Part shown: piece after piece, positions 49,271-57,641 of the stretch
Layout: each line of letters opens with the position of its first letter
How positions within the stretch are numbered: position 1 is the first letter of the stretch
NCBI GenBank assembly: GCA_029547705.1
Contig: JAKPOU010000023.1
Span: 5,408-69,407, forward strand
Source of the DNA: Bacteroidota bacterium
GTDB lineage: Bacteria > Bacteroidota > Bacteroidia > Bacteroidales > VadinHA17
Direction: 5' to 3'
Length of the DNA: 64,000 nt
Made by a program: the position numbers and the translations under genes
The notes under the pieces: model-generated
What the model was told of the DNA's origin: nothing
What the model saw: the letters and a program-made list of their open reading frames with translations, nothing else
Database searches by the model: none

Positions 49271-50746
49271 ATGAGTGTATTCAAGGGATTGAAGCCGGAA
49301 GCCCTGTGGCAGTATTTTGAAGAGATTTGCAGAATTCCGCGTCTGTCAGGGAATGAAGGGAAAATACGGCAGTACCTGCTTGAGTTTGCAGAACACCATA
49401 ACCTGGAAGCAAAAGAGGATCACGCCGGGAATGTCCTCATCACCAGGCCGTCACATCCGGATCACCTTAACAGGAAAATAGTTGTGCTCCAGAGCCACCT
49501 GGACATGGTAGGTGAAAAAACTGCCGGTCATCCCCACGACTGGACAAAGGATCCCGTCATACCCCTTTCAGACGGGGAGTGGATTAGGGCCGGGGGAACA
49601 ACCCTGGGGGCTGATGACGGTATCGGTATTGCAGCCCAGATGGCTGTCCTGACCGACAAAACACTCAGGGCAGGGACGATTGAATGCCTCTTTACCGTCG
49701 ATGAGGAATCGGGAATGAGCGGCGCAAAGGAACTCACAGAGGATTTTTTCAGGGGACGGATACTGCTGAATCTTGATTCAGAGGATGAGGGAATACTTTT
49801 CATAGGATCTGCCGGCGGAATGGATACGGTCGGTACCATGAGATATACAAGGGAAGCGGTACCGCCAGGATATGTTGGACTGGAAATATCCTTAAGCGGG
49901 CTGCAGGGAGGACATTCCGGGGATGAGATACACAAAGGCCTCGGGAATTCCGTCAAGATAATGACAGCAATACTCACTGAACTTGACAGGGAACACGGAA
50001 TCCGGCTCAGTAAATTTGACGGCGGCAACCTCAGAAATGCAATACCCAGGGAGGCATATGCGGTAATACTGTGCAGAAAATCCGGTTCAGAGAATATCAT
50101 CAGTCATCTGAAAACAATTGAAACCGGACTCCGCAAAAAGTTTGGTGACCTTGAAAGGAATCTGAAACTGGAAGCGGCAGAATGTACCATGCCTTCACAT
50201 GTTATGGACCGCGGCAGTCAGGATGGTCTGCTCAGGGCTCTGAGCTGCTGCCCCCACGGAGTTATTGCCTGGTCGGAAGACATGAAGGACCTGGTTGAAA
50301 CCTCAAGCAATCTGGCATCGGTAAAATTTGAACCGGCCGGATTCGTGACTATTGTCTCCTCTCAGAGAAGCTCCTTTGAAGCATCAAAGGCCGAAGCCTC
50401 GGCAATGGTGGAGGACTGCCTGAAACAGGCCGGAGCAACTGTGACAAAGTCAGCAGGATATCCGGGATGGGCACCCGATATTAATTCTGAGATTCTCGGA
50501 ATTACACGTCAGGCATACCGCAGGCTGTTCGGAAAGGATCCGGAAGTAAAAGCCATTCATGCCGGACTGGAATGCGGGCTCATCTATGAGAAATTCAGGA
50601 AAATGGATATGATCTCCTTCGGTCCCACCATCAGGGGGGCACATACTCCCGACGAGAAGATTGAAATCAGAACTGTACCAATGTTCTGGAATCTTCTGAT
50701 GGAAGTGATAAATAATATACCCTTGAAATCCGGATACAGTATCTGA
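49271..50746 (+). CDS. pepD: Aminoacyl-histidine dipeptidase (M20 family, PepD)
   Basis: LWQYFEEICRIPRLSGNE, HLDMV, GADDGIGIA, and TVDEESGMSGA are typical PepD metal-site motifs. Confidence 0.85.
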   Translation: MSVFKGLKPEALWQYFEEICRIPRLSGNEGKIRQYLLEFAEHHNLEAKEDHAGNVLITRPSHPDHLNRKIVVLQSHLDMVGEKTAGHPHDWTKDPVIPLSDGEWIRAGGTTLGADDGIGIAAQMAVLTDKTLRAGTIECLFTVDEESGMSGAKELTEDFFRGRILLNLDSEDEGILFIGSAGGMDTVGTMRYTREAVPPGYVGLEISLSGLQGGHSGDEIHKGLGNSVKIMTAILTELDREHGIRLSKFDGGNLRNAIPREAYAVILCRKSGSENIISHLKTIETGLRKKFGDLERNLKLEAAECTMPSHVMDRGSQDGLLRALSCCPHGVIAWSEDMKDLVETSSNLASVKFEPAGFVTIVSSQRSSFEASKAEASAMVEDCLKQAGATVTKSAGYPGWAPDINSEILGITRQAYRRLFGKDPEVKAIHAGLECGLIYEKFRKMDMISFGPTIRGAHTPDEKIEIRTVPMFWNLLMEVINNIPLKSGYSI

Positions 50747-50760
50747 AAGCAAAACCTCCG

Positions 50761-50928
50761 CTATTCCAGGAGTGAGAATTCCTCCTTCCCTGCAGCACAA
50801 ACAGGACAAAGATAATCATCCGGCAGATCGCTGAAAGGTACTCCCGGTTTTATATCCCCTTCCGGATCCCCCTTCTCAGGGTCATAAATATATCCGCAGA
50901 TTTCACATTCATACTTTTCCATATTCAT
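50761..50928 (-). CDS. Rubredoxin (55 aa; below the ORF-track length cutoff)
   Basis: Hand translation of the minus strand gives [55 protein letters not shown]. It shows the canonical rubredoxin pattern, two CxxC pairs (CEIC, CPVC) flanking the conserved YD...PG.PF..LP.D core. It starts 17 nt after the upstream epimerase gene. Confidence 0.9.
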   Translation of the reverse strand: MNMEKYECEICGYIYDPEKGDPEGDIKPGVPFSDLPDDYLCPVCAAGKEEFSLLE

Positions 50929-50945
50929 CTTATTCAGGTTATTGA

Positions 50946-51359
50946 TTATTTCCCATTTCTTTTTTCACAGAGTTCGATAAGGACTCCGCCGGTTGATTCC
51001 GGATGAATGAAGGCAATATCCTTACCGTCTGCGCCCCTGCGCGGAACCTTATCGATTAGCCTTATTCCCTTCCTGCCGGCCTCATCCAGTTTTTTTTCAA
51101 TATCTTCCACTGCAAAGGCAAGATGATGCATGCCCTCGCCTCTCTTCTCTATAAACCTGGCAACAGGGCTGTCATTATCTGTCGGTTCAAGCAATTCAAC
51201 ACTGGTCTGTCCGATCCGGAAAAATGCCACTCTAACCTTCTGATCCGCCACCTCTTCAATTTTATGGCACTTAAGGCCAAGAATCCTTTCATAGAATCCG
51301 ATTGCTGATTCAAGGTTCCTTACTGCAATTCCTATATGTTCTATATGTGCCGGGTTCAT
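50946..51359 (-). CDS. Methylmalonyl-CoA epimerase-like VOC (glyoxalase fold) protein
   Basis: 137 aa. [22 protein letters not shown]...VELLEP...[14 protein letters not shown]...GVLIELCE matches the MCE subgroup of the VOC superfamily. Confidence 0.8.
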   Translation of the reverse strand: MNPAHIEHIGIAVRNLESAIGFYERILGLKCHKIEEVADQKVRVAFFRIGQTSVELLEPTDNDSPVARFIEKRGEGMHHLAFAVEDIEKKLDEAGRKGIRLIDKVPRRGADGKDIAFIHPESTGGVLIELCEKRNGK

Positions 51360-51385
51360 CGGGGATTATCAGCAGATTCATCGGA

Positions 51386-52945
51386 TTAAAAGGGGAACTC
51401 GGCCGGGGCCTTTATACCGGGTTCTTCCTCAACGGGTTTTTCCGCGGTCTGATGCACCGGATTGCCATCCACGAATATCGCCTTGTAGGGTTTTGTAGGA
51501 CATGCAAACTCACAATGCCCGCAACCAATGCAGATATCCGTATTGGTTTCAGGGATGAGAAGATTGCCTTCATAGGGTATCATATAGACAGCTTTTGTCG
51601 GACATGCCTCGGAACAGGCACCACAAGCCGTTTTTTCCGTTTTAACAATGCAATTGTCCTTTATAAAATTAACCTTCCCGAGCTGTGTAAGCTTCTTGGC
51701 CTCAATTACCAGGGGACGAAGGGAATAAGTGGGACAGACTTCCGTGCATCTGGTGCAGTTGTATATACAGAAGCTTTTTTTATAATCCATCACCGGCTGC
51801 ATAATCCCGGCAATGCCATATTGCATGAAAGCGGGAACCAGCACTTCATTGGGACAGACAGTTATGCAAAGCGAGCACGCAATGCAGGTTTTATTGAATT
51901 CTTCCAGGGATCCCGCGCCCGGAGGAGCAACCGGGCATGTCCTGTTCTCGGGAACAGTTGAAAGGATTTGCGGTATGGGTGTTTTGCTGTCCTGACTCCT
52001 CAAAATGGCCGGAACACCGAACAGGGCGGCAAGTGAACCTGCAATGAATTTCCGCTTGCCCTCATCGGTGGTGTGGGTTTTCTTCCTGAACCGGACCGGC
52101 CCCCAGGAAAGAGCCTTTTCAGGACATGTATTGATACAATTGAAGCAAACCACACATCTTGAAACATCAACTCTGTATCTTATGAAATCTATGCAGGAGG
52201 ATTTACAGCCAAGTGAGCACCTGCCGCATTTGGTACATTTGTCCACATCAAACCTGATCCTGAGAAGTGATAATTTTGATAAAAACCCCAGCAGTGTACC
52301 CACGGGACAGATCATGTTACAGTACAGGCGGCCTTTTGTAAGAGACAGACTCACAACAAGAAGGAAAAAGACAGCCGGTATTGCATAGGAAACAGGCTTG
52401 TATCCGCCGATTGCCACATGGCTGAGACTGTAATTGTCAAATTTTCCCAGTACCCATACAAGGAAATTATTCATTACAATCACTGCAGGTTTAATGAACA
52501 TGGTAACGGACCTTCCGAAAATGGCATAGGGATCAAGCAGGGTAAGAAGGTAAATACCTGAAAAAAACGTCACAATCAGTACAACAACAAGGATCAGGTA
52601 ACGCAGTACCGTAAACGGTTTCTTGTATCCGTACCTGCGGAATTTCCTCCTGATCCGGCCTCCTATCCTGCTGTTAATATCCTGGGCTATTCCCAGGGGG
52701 CACAGGAAGGAACAATAGCTGCGTCCGGTAATCAGTGTCAGTACGAGAACCCCGGCAAACCCAGCGGTGGCAAGGGTGAAGAGATCATAGAACTTCACTG
52801 CTGACGGAACGAACTGAAACCACAGGAGAAGATTGATGTATTTTGATGGAATAATGTATTTGAAATCACTGAAGACAACAATGAAGCAAATGACAATGAA
52901 AGCTGAAAAAAATATCCGGAAGCTTCTTAAAAATGCTGACCTCAT
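51386..52945 (-). CDS. Membrane-bound polyferredoxin, NapH/MauN-like N-terminus fused to multi-[4Fe-4S] domains
   Basis: Multiple TM helices carry two CxxCP motifs (CSFLCPLG, CNMICPVG). These are followed by CTKCGRCSLGC, CVVCFNCINTCP, a hydrophobic segment, then CIACSLCITVCP, CTRCTEVCP, CGACSEACP and CIGCGHCEFACP. Confidence 0.8.
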   Translation of the reverse strand: MRSAFLRSFRIFFSAFIVICFIVVFSDFKYIIPSKYINLLLWFQFVPSAVKFYDLFTLATAGFAGVLVLTLITGRSYCSFLCPLGIAQDINSRIGGRIRRKFRRYGYKKPFTVLRYLILVVVLIVTFFSGIYLLTLLDPYAIFGRSVTMFIKPAVIVMNNFLVWVLGKFDNYSLSHVAIGGYKPVSYAIPAVFFLLVVSLSLTKGRLYCNMICPVGTLLGFLSKLSLLRIRFDVDKCTKCGRCSLGCKSSCIDFIRYRVDVSRCVVCFNCINTCPEKALSWGPVRFRKKTHTTDEGKRKFIAGSLAALFGVPAILRSQDSKTPIPQILSTVPENRTCPVAPPGAGSLEEFNKTCIACSLCITVCPNEVLVPAFMQYGIAGIMQPVMDYKKSFCIYNCTRCTEVCPTYSLRPLVIEAKKLTQLGKVNFIKDNCIVKTEKTACGACSEACPTKAVYMIPYEGNLLIPETNTDICIGCGHCEFACPTKPYKAIFVDGNPVHQTAEKPVEEEPGIKAPAEFPF

Positions 52946-52951
52946 CGATTA

Positions 52952-53875
52952 TTACATTTTTATTCTTTTGATATTCAATGTGTCAATATCCATTGTGCCC
53001 AGCCCCAGCTTATGTGCCATGGGTATATATTCAATTCTGGAAGTTTGTGTTCCAAGCATCCTTGATGCAGCTGTATCACCGGCAACCCAGTCTGTTGCCA
53101 GTATCAGTGATTTCATCTGAACGACATCGGCCTTTGAAACGCCCTGAGGACCATGCTGAACCATTACATTGTAGCAGTCGATCACATTCAGGGCAGGCTT
53201 CCTGTGAAACATTGCGTAATCCACAATACACTGGTTCAGATCATTTTTATGCCAGTAAGCCCTGTCCCATACAACACCCATCATGTTCTTGAGGCTGCAT
53301 GTCATCCTCACTGAATTGTGATCCTTGAGAACCGGAACGTTAATAAACACATCCGTATCAAGAACCAGTTCATGTACCTTGGTTTTCCTGAGTTTTATCC
53401 CGCCGGGTATGTTAACCTCCTGATAATACTTCTCGCTCGCTCCAGGGACCACCTTGGCACCGGCCAGCTTTGCAGCCCTTTCAATGCCGGAGTTTTTGTA
53501 ACAGTTAACCCAGTTATCAATGGTGTGGTCAAATACATATACTTCCCTGGCTCCTGCCTTCAGGCAATGTTCTATAACCCTTCTGACCAGAAGAGGATTG
53601 GTGTTCGCCGCAAGCTCCGGAAGCACATCCCACCCTATATTGGGCTTCACAAGTACTTTCTGGCCCTTCTTCACAAAAGCCCCCATCCCTCCCAGTTCCT
53701 GGATCCCGAGATCGAACATTGCTTCCGGACTGCCTCCCATAACAGCAATCATGTCATATTTGTCGGATCTGGCCTGAACTGCCCTGAAAAAACCATCGTG
53801 CCCGCCTGAACCCAATACAAATCCTGCTCCCAGGCCCGCTCCGGCAGACGTTTTTATAAAATCTCTTCTTTTCAT
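52952..53875 (-). CDS. DUF362 domain protein with twin-arginine (Tat) signal peptide
   Basis: The N-terminus MKRRDFIKTSAGAGLGAGF fits the Tat motif (S/T)RRxFLK. The DUF362 core begins at KVLVKPNIGWDV...NPLLVRRVIEHCLKAGAREVYVFD. Confidence 0.75.
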   Translation of the reverse strand: MKRRDFIKTSAGAGLGAGFVLGSGGHDGFFRAVQARSDKYDMIAVMGGSPEAMFDLGIQELGGMGAFVKKGQKVLVKPNIGWDVLPELAANTNPLLVRRVIEHCLKAGAREVYVFDHTIDNWVNCYKNSGIERAAKLAGAKVVPGASEKYYQEVNIPGGIKLRKTKVHELVLDTDVFINVPVLKDHNSVRMTCSLKNMMGVVWDRAYWHKNDLNQCIVDYAMFHRKPALNVIDCYNVMVQHGPQGVSKADVVQMKSLILATDWVAGDTAASRMLGTQTSRIEYIPMAHKLGLGTMDIDTLNIKRIKM

Positions 53876-54046
53876 TGCATCAAAATAATAAAAATTAATC
53901 CTGACCCGACAATAAGTGCCACAAAATACGATTTTTTTTACTAATCTTTAACAGTTTGTTATCGTATATTAGTCCCCGGAATGAATGAAAAGCTTTTAAC
54001 CTTATGCAATTTTAATTGTTGTACCATATAAAAATACTTTTAGTAA

Positions 54047-55384
54047 ATGAAAATACTGTATTATGATTGTTTCTCGGGAATAAGCGGAGATATGAACCTC
54101 GGAGCAATGATTGACCTGGGAGTTGACAAGGACTTTCTTATCGGGGAACTGAAGAAACTGAATCTCCCCGGGTGGGAACTGCTGGTTGAAAGGGATCAGA
54201 GACACGGTATATCCGGAACAAAAGTAACAGTCAGGCTTACCGGACATGACCACGGGCACAGCCACGTACACGACCATGATCACGGACACGGGCACAGCCA
54301 CGGGCACGATCATGAGCACAACCACTACCACGACCATAATCATGACCACAGTCATGCACATGATCATGAACACGGACATGATCACGGCCACAGCCACAGC
54401 CACAGCCACAGCCACGACCATGCCGACAGGAATCTTACAGATATAGAGAAGATTATAGACGATTCACAGATTGATTCAAAAACAAAGGAACTGAGCAAAA
54501 AAATATTTCTGAAAGTGGCGGAAGCCGAATCAAAGGTGCACGGGCTTCCACTTGACAAAGTCCATTTTCACGAGGTCGGTGCAATTGATTCAATTGTGGA
54601 TACCGTAGGTGCGGCCATCTGCTTCAATGCTCTCGGTGTTGATGCGGTATTCGTGGGCCCGGTTGAACTTGGCAGCGGATTCGTTAACTGCAGTCATGGC
54701 AGGCTTCCCGTACCCGCACCGGCAACGGCGGAAATAATTAAGGGAGTGGAGATAAGAACCGGAGGAGCCGGCTTTGAGGCAACAACACCTACAGGTGCGG
54801 CAATCCTTGTTGCCCTCGGAACACATTTTTCGGACCTCCCCGGCTTCAGGATCCTTAAAACCGGCTATGGCATAGGCCAGAGGGAAGACCCGCGCATTCC
54901 AAACATGCTGAGGGTTTATCTTGCTGAAAGCGAAGAAAAGACAGGCGGACATGATGCCCTGCTCCTTCAGTGCAATATTGACGACATGAATCCGGAATTC
55001 TATGACCATCTTTCAGAAAAACTGTTTGCCGCGGGAGCCTCAGATGTATTTGTTACAGGCACGATAATGAAGAAGGGAAGGCCCGGATCCATTCTGAACG
55101 TCATATGTGAAAAAGGAAGTGAGGATATCCTGAAGGAAATAATTTTCACTGAATCAACCACGGTCGGAATCCGGACACTGGAATATAAAAAAGACACCCT
55201 GGCAAGAAAATTTGAACAAATAGATACCATTTTCGGTAAAGTTACTGTAAAACGCTCCTTCCACAAGGGCAGGGAAGTTTCAGTAAAACCGGAATATTCG
55301 GATTGCAAACGTATTGCAGATGAAAAAGGAATACCTGTCAGGGAGGTCTATAATAAAATTATAGCTACAATTTTCAGGGAATAA
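54047..55384 (+). CDS. larC: Nickel-pincer cofactor biosynthesis protein LarC (nickel insertase, DUF111)
   Basis: MKILYYDCFSGISGDMNLGAMIDLG N-terminus, a long His-rich insert, FHEVGAIDSIVDTVGA, and a C-terminal LarC2-like domain. It is a single uninterrupted ORF. Confidence 0.88.
   Translation: MKILYYDCFSGISGDMNLGAMIDLGVDKDFLIGELKKLNLPGWELLVERDQRHGISGTKVTVRLTGHDHGHSHVHDHDHGHGHSHGHDHEHNHYHDHNHDHSHAHDHEHGHDHGHSHSHSHSHDHADRNLTDIEKIIDDSQIDSKTKELSKKIFLKVAEAESKVHGLPLDKVHFHEVGAIDSIVDTVGAAICFNALGVDAVFVGPVELGSGFVNCSHGRLPVPAPATAEIIKGVEIRTGGAGFEATTPTGAAILVALGTHFSDLPGFRILKTGYGIGQREDPRIPNMLRVYLAESEEKTGGHDALLLQCNIDDMNPEFYDHLSEKLFAAGASDVFVTGTIMKKGRPGSILNVICEKGSEDILKEIIFTESTTVGIRTLEYKKDTLARKFEQIDTIFGKVTVKRSFHKGREVSVKPEYSDCKRIADEKGIPVREVYNKIIATIFRE
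54387..54415 (+). repeat. Hexanucleotide (GCCACA) repeat, about 4.8 copies, inside the LarC His-rich tract
   Basis: Read directly: gccaca gccaca gccaca gccaca gccac, encoding HSHSHSHSH. Confidence 0.85.
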
Positions 55385-55420
55385 AATTCCCGGAAGAATC
55401 AGAAGAACTATAGAAGAACC

Positions 55421-56227
55421 ATGTCAGACAGCAAACTACTAAAACTGGATTCCACACTCAGGAATCTCAGATCCTTTGTAATCGGATTTTCAGGCGGACT
55501 CGACAGTTCATTCCTGATCCACAGGGCAAAAATGCTCGGGGATCTTGACTTTGAAGCAGTGACAATCAAAACAGAATATATTCCGGAACGGGAAATAAGG
55601 GAGGCTGTGAATTTTACTTCGGAACACGGCATCAGCCACAGAATCATCGGGATACCCTTCCCCCGCGAAATAAAACACAACCCGTCTGAAAGGTGTTACC
55701 TGTGCAAGAAAATCCTTTTTGACAGAATCATTGACTTTGCCCGTGAAAACAACTATGAATATATTCTGGACGGTACAAACGCGGATGATTTTAACCTGTA
55801 CAGACCCGGGCTGAAAGCTCTTGCTGAAATGCAGGTCAGAAGCCCGCTTGCCGAAGCCGGGCTGTCGAAACCGGAAATAAGGGAGCATGCACGCAGGGCG
55901 GGCATTTCCGTATGGGAGAAACCGGCACTGTCATGCCTTCTTACCAGGATTCCCTATAACACGGAGATAAGCAGTGATATTCTTTCGATGGTTGAAAAAG
56001 CTGAAGATTTTCTTTCTGAAAAAGGATTTCCCGGCACAAGAGTAAGGATACATGGTGATGTTGCAAGAATAGAATGCATTCCGGACCACATGGAAAAGTT
56101 TGTAAGGGATCCGGACAGAAAATCCATAGTCGGCTACCTGAAGGAAATCGGTTTCAGATATGTATCTTTGGACCTCGAAGGATACAGAACAGGCAGCATG
56201 GACCACCCATATAATTCCGAGAAATGA
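55421..56227 (+). CDS. larE: ATP-dependent sacrificial sulfur transferase LarE
   Basis: PP-loop (GFSGGLDSS) and the conserved Cys context (KPALSCLLTRIPY). 268 aa. Confidence 0.88.
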   Translation: MSDSKLLKLDSTLRNLRSFVIGFSGGLDSSFLIHRAKMLGDLDFEAVTIKTEYIPEREIREAVNFTSEHGISHRIIGIPFPREIKHNPSERCYLCKKILFDRIIDFARENNYEYILDGTNADDFNLYRPGLKALAEMQVRSPLAEAGLSKPEIREHARRAGISVWEKPALSCLLTRIPYNTEISSDILSMVEKAEDFLSEKGFPGTRVRIHGDVARIECIPDHMEKFVRDPDRKSIVGYLKEIGFRYVSLDLEGYRTGSMDHPYNSEK

Positions 56228-56973
56228 CTGGAAAAGAAATTGAGAAGCTTCTCACCGATGTCAGGGACGGATCAAAAAGCGTTTCTGAAGCTCTTGAAAT
56301 ACTTAAATCATTCCCCTATACCGACCTGGGATTTGCCAGGATCGATCACCACAGGGAGATCCGGACGGGATATCCGGAGATAGTGTATTGTGCCGGTAAA
56401 ACCACGGTACAGGTAAGGGAAATCTTCAGGATAATGTCGGAAAAAGAAAACAATATAGTAGGCACAAGGGCCGATTCAGCAATGTACGAAGCCGTCAGGG
56501 AAATCTGTCCGGATGCCCGTTATTATGAAGAGGCACGGATCATATCCATTCAGAAGCAAAAGCCGGAAATGCCGGAATCCCGCATCGCTGTCATCACCGC
56601 GGGGACATCCGATATTCCCGTGGCCGAAGAAGCTGCCGTCACTGCGGAACTCCTCGGCAACAGGGTTGTCAGAATCTACGATGCAGGCGTTGCAGGAATT
56701 CACAGACTTGTTGACAAACTGCCCGAGATAAGAAGCTGCAAGGTAATAATTGTCATTGCAGGAATGGAAGGTGCCCTTGCAAGTGTTGTGGGAGGACTTG
56801 TCGACAAACCTGTAATAGCTGTTCCCACAAGCGTCGGATACGGAGCCAGTTTCGGAGGCATCTCTGCCCTCCTGGCCATGCTTACAAGCTGCTCTGCCGG
56901 AGTAACGGTGGTAAATATCGACAACGGGTTCGGTGCCGGATTCTCGGCAAGTATGATAAACAGGATGACATGA
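56224..56973 (+). CDS. larB: Nickel-pincer cofactor biosynthesis protein LarB (PurE-like NaAD carboxylase/hydrolase)
   Basis: The N-terminal regulatory part is followed by a PurE-like fold (AVITAGTSDIPVAEEA...VIAGMEGALASVVGG...PTSVGYGA). ATGA overlap with larE. Confidence 0.88.
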   Translation: MTGKEIEKLLTDVRDGSKSVSEALEILKSFPYTDLGFARIDHHREIRTGYPEIVYCAGKTTVQVREIFRIMSEKENNIVGTRADSAMYEAVREICPDARYYEEARIISIQKQKPEMPESRIAVITAGTSDIPVAEEAAVTAELLGNRVVRIYDAGVAGIHRLVDKLPEIRSCKVIIVIAGMEGALASVVGGLVDKPVIAVPTSVGYGASFGGISALLAMLTSCSAGVTVVNIDNGFGAGFSASMINRMT

Positions 56974-56985
56974 CTGCCCCCGATC

Positions 56986-57591
56986 ATGCCCGGAAATGTT
57001 TTTGTAACAAGTGCATATCTGCCCTCTGCTGAATACTTTTCCAAAATCATCAGAGCTGAAAAAATATTTGTCGAAGCAGAAGAAAACTACCGGAAGCAGT
57101 CATACCGGAACCGCTGCTACATACTTGCATCACAGGGACCGGAACACCTGGTTGTGCCTGTCTTCCTGGGAAGCTTCCACAGGACGCATATCAGGGATAT
57201 CAGGATAGATTATACCCGCAGATGGCAAAAAGTTCACACCGGAGCACTTGCAGCGGCTTACGGTTCATCAGCCTTCTTTATTTACTATTACGGAATCATT
57301 GAAGAAATCATACTCCGCAGGTATAAATTCCTGCTGGATCTGAACATGGATCTTCTGACAGCTCTGCTTGGAATACTGAATATAGATGTAAAACCGGAAT
57401 ATACTGAAACATTTATGCCGGCCGGGAATGCTGAAGGAGATTTCAGATATTCCATTGATCCGAAAAAGAAAAGCTCCTACATCCAGAAGGAATATTTTCA
57501 GGTTTTCAGGGACAGGCACGGATTTGTCCCCGGACTGAGTATAGTTGACCTTATTTTTAACATGGGTCCGGAAACGCCCGGCTATCTGTAA
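56986..57591 (+). CDS. WbqC family protein (function unknown)
   Basis: SAYLPSAEYFSKIIRAEKIFVEAEENYRKQSYRNRCYILASQGPEHLVVPV matches the WbqC-like N-terminal pattern. It starts 13 nt after larB. Confidence 0.7.
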   Translation: MPGNVFVTSAYLPSAEYFSKIIRAEKIFVEAEENYRKQSYRNRCYILASQGPEHLVVPVFLGSFHRTHIRDIRIDYTRRWQKVHTGALAAAYGSSAFFIYYYGIIEEIILRRYKFLLDLNMDLLTALLGILNIDVKPEYTETFMPAGNAEGDFRYSIDPKKKSSYIQKEYFQVFRDRHGFVPGLSIVDLIFNMGPETPGYL

Positions 57592-57592
57592 A

Positions 57593-57618
57593 GAAGGCCT
57601 CCGCTGCGGGAGGCCTTC
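57593..57618. terminator. GC-rich hairpin; likely bidirectional terminator between convergent genes
   Basis: gaaggcctcc-gctgcg-ggaggccttc gives a perfect 10-bp stem and 6-nt loop. It begins 2 nt after the wbqC-family stop and ends 24 nt before the stop of the minus-strand OMP gene. Confidence 0.6.
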
Positions 57619-57641
57619 AACCAAGGAAGTCAAACAAATAA

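Noticed and set aside
48538-49284. 248-aa ORF antisense to the acyl-CoA ligase gene
   Set aside because: It lies inside a CDS with unambiguous AMP-binding motifs and has no motif of its own.
51302-51961. 219-aa ORF antisense to the epimerase and polyferredoxin genes
   Set aside because: It is a shadow ORF. The sense-strand products carry clear VOC and CxxCxxCxxxCP signatures.
54002-54421. 139-aa antisense ORF rich in Val/Ala/Met (MVVAVAVAVAVAV...)
   Set aside because: It is the mirror image of the LarC (His-X)n tract on the opposite strand. The composition is an artefact of the repeat, and LarC is clearly the real gene.
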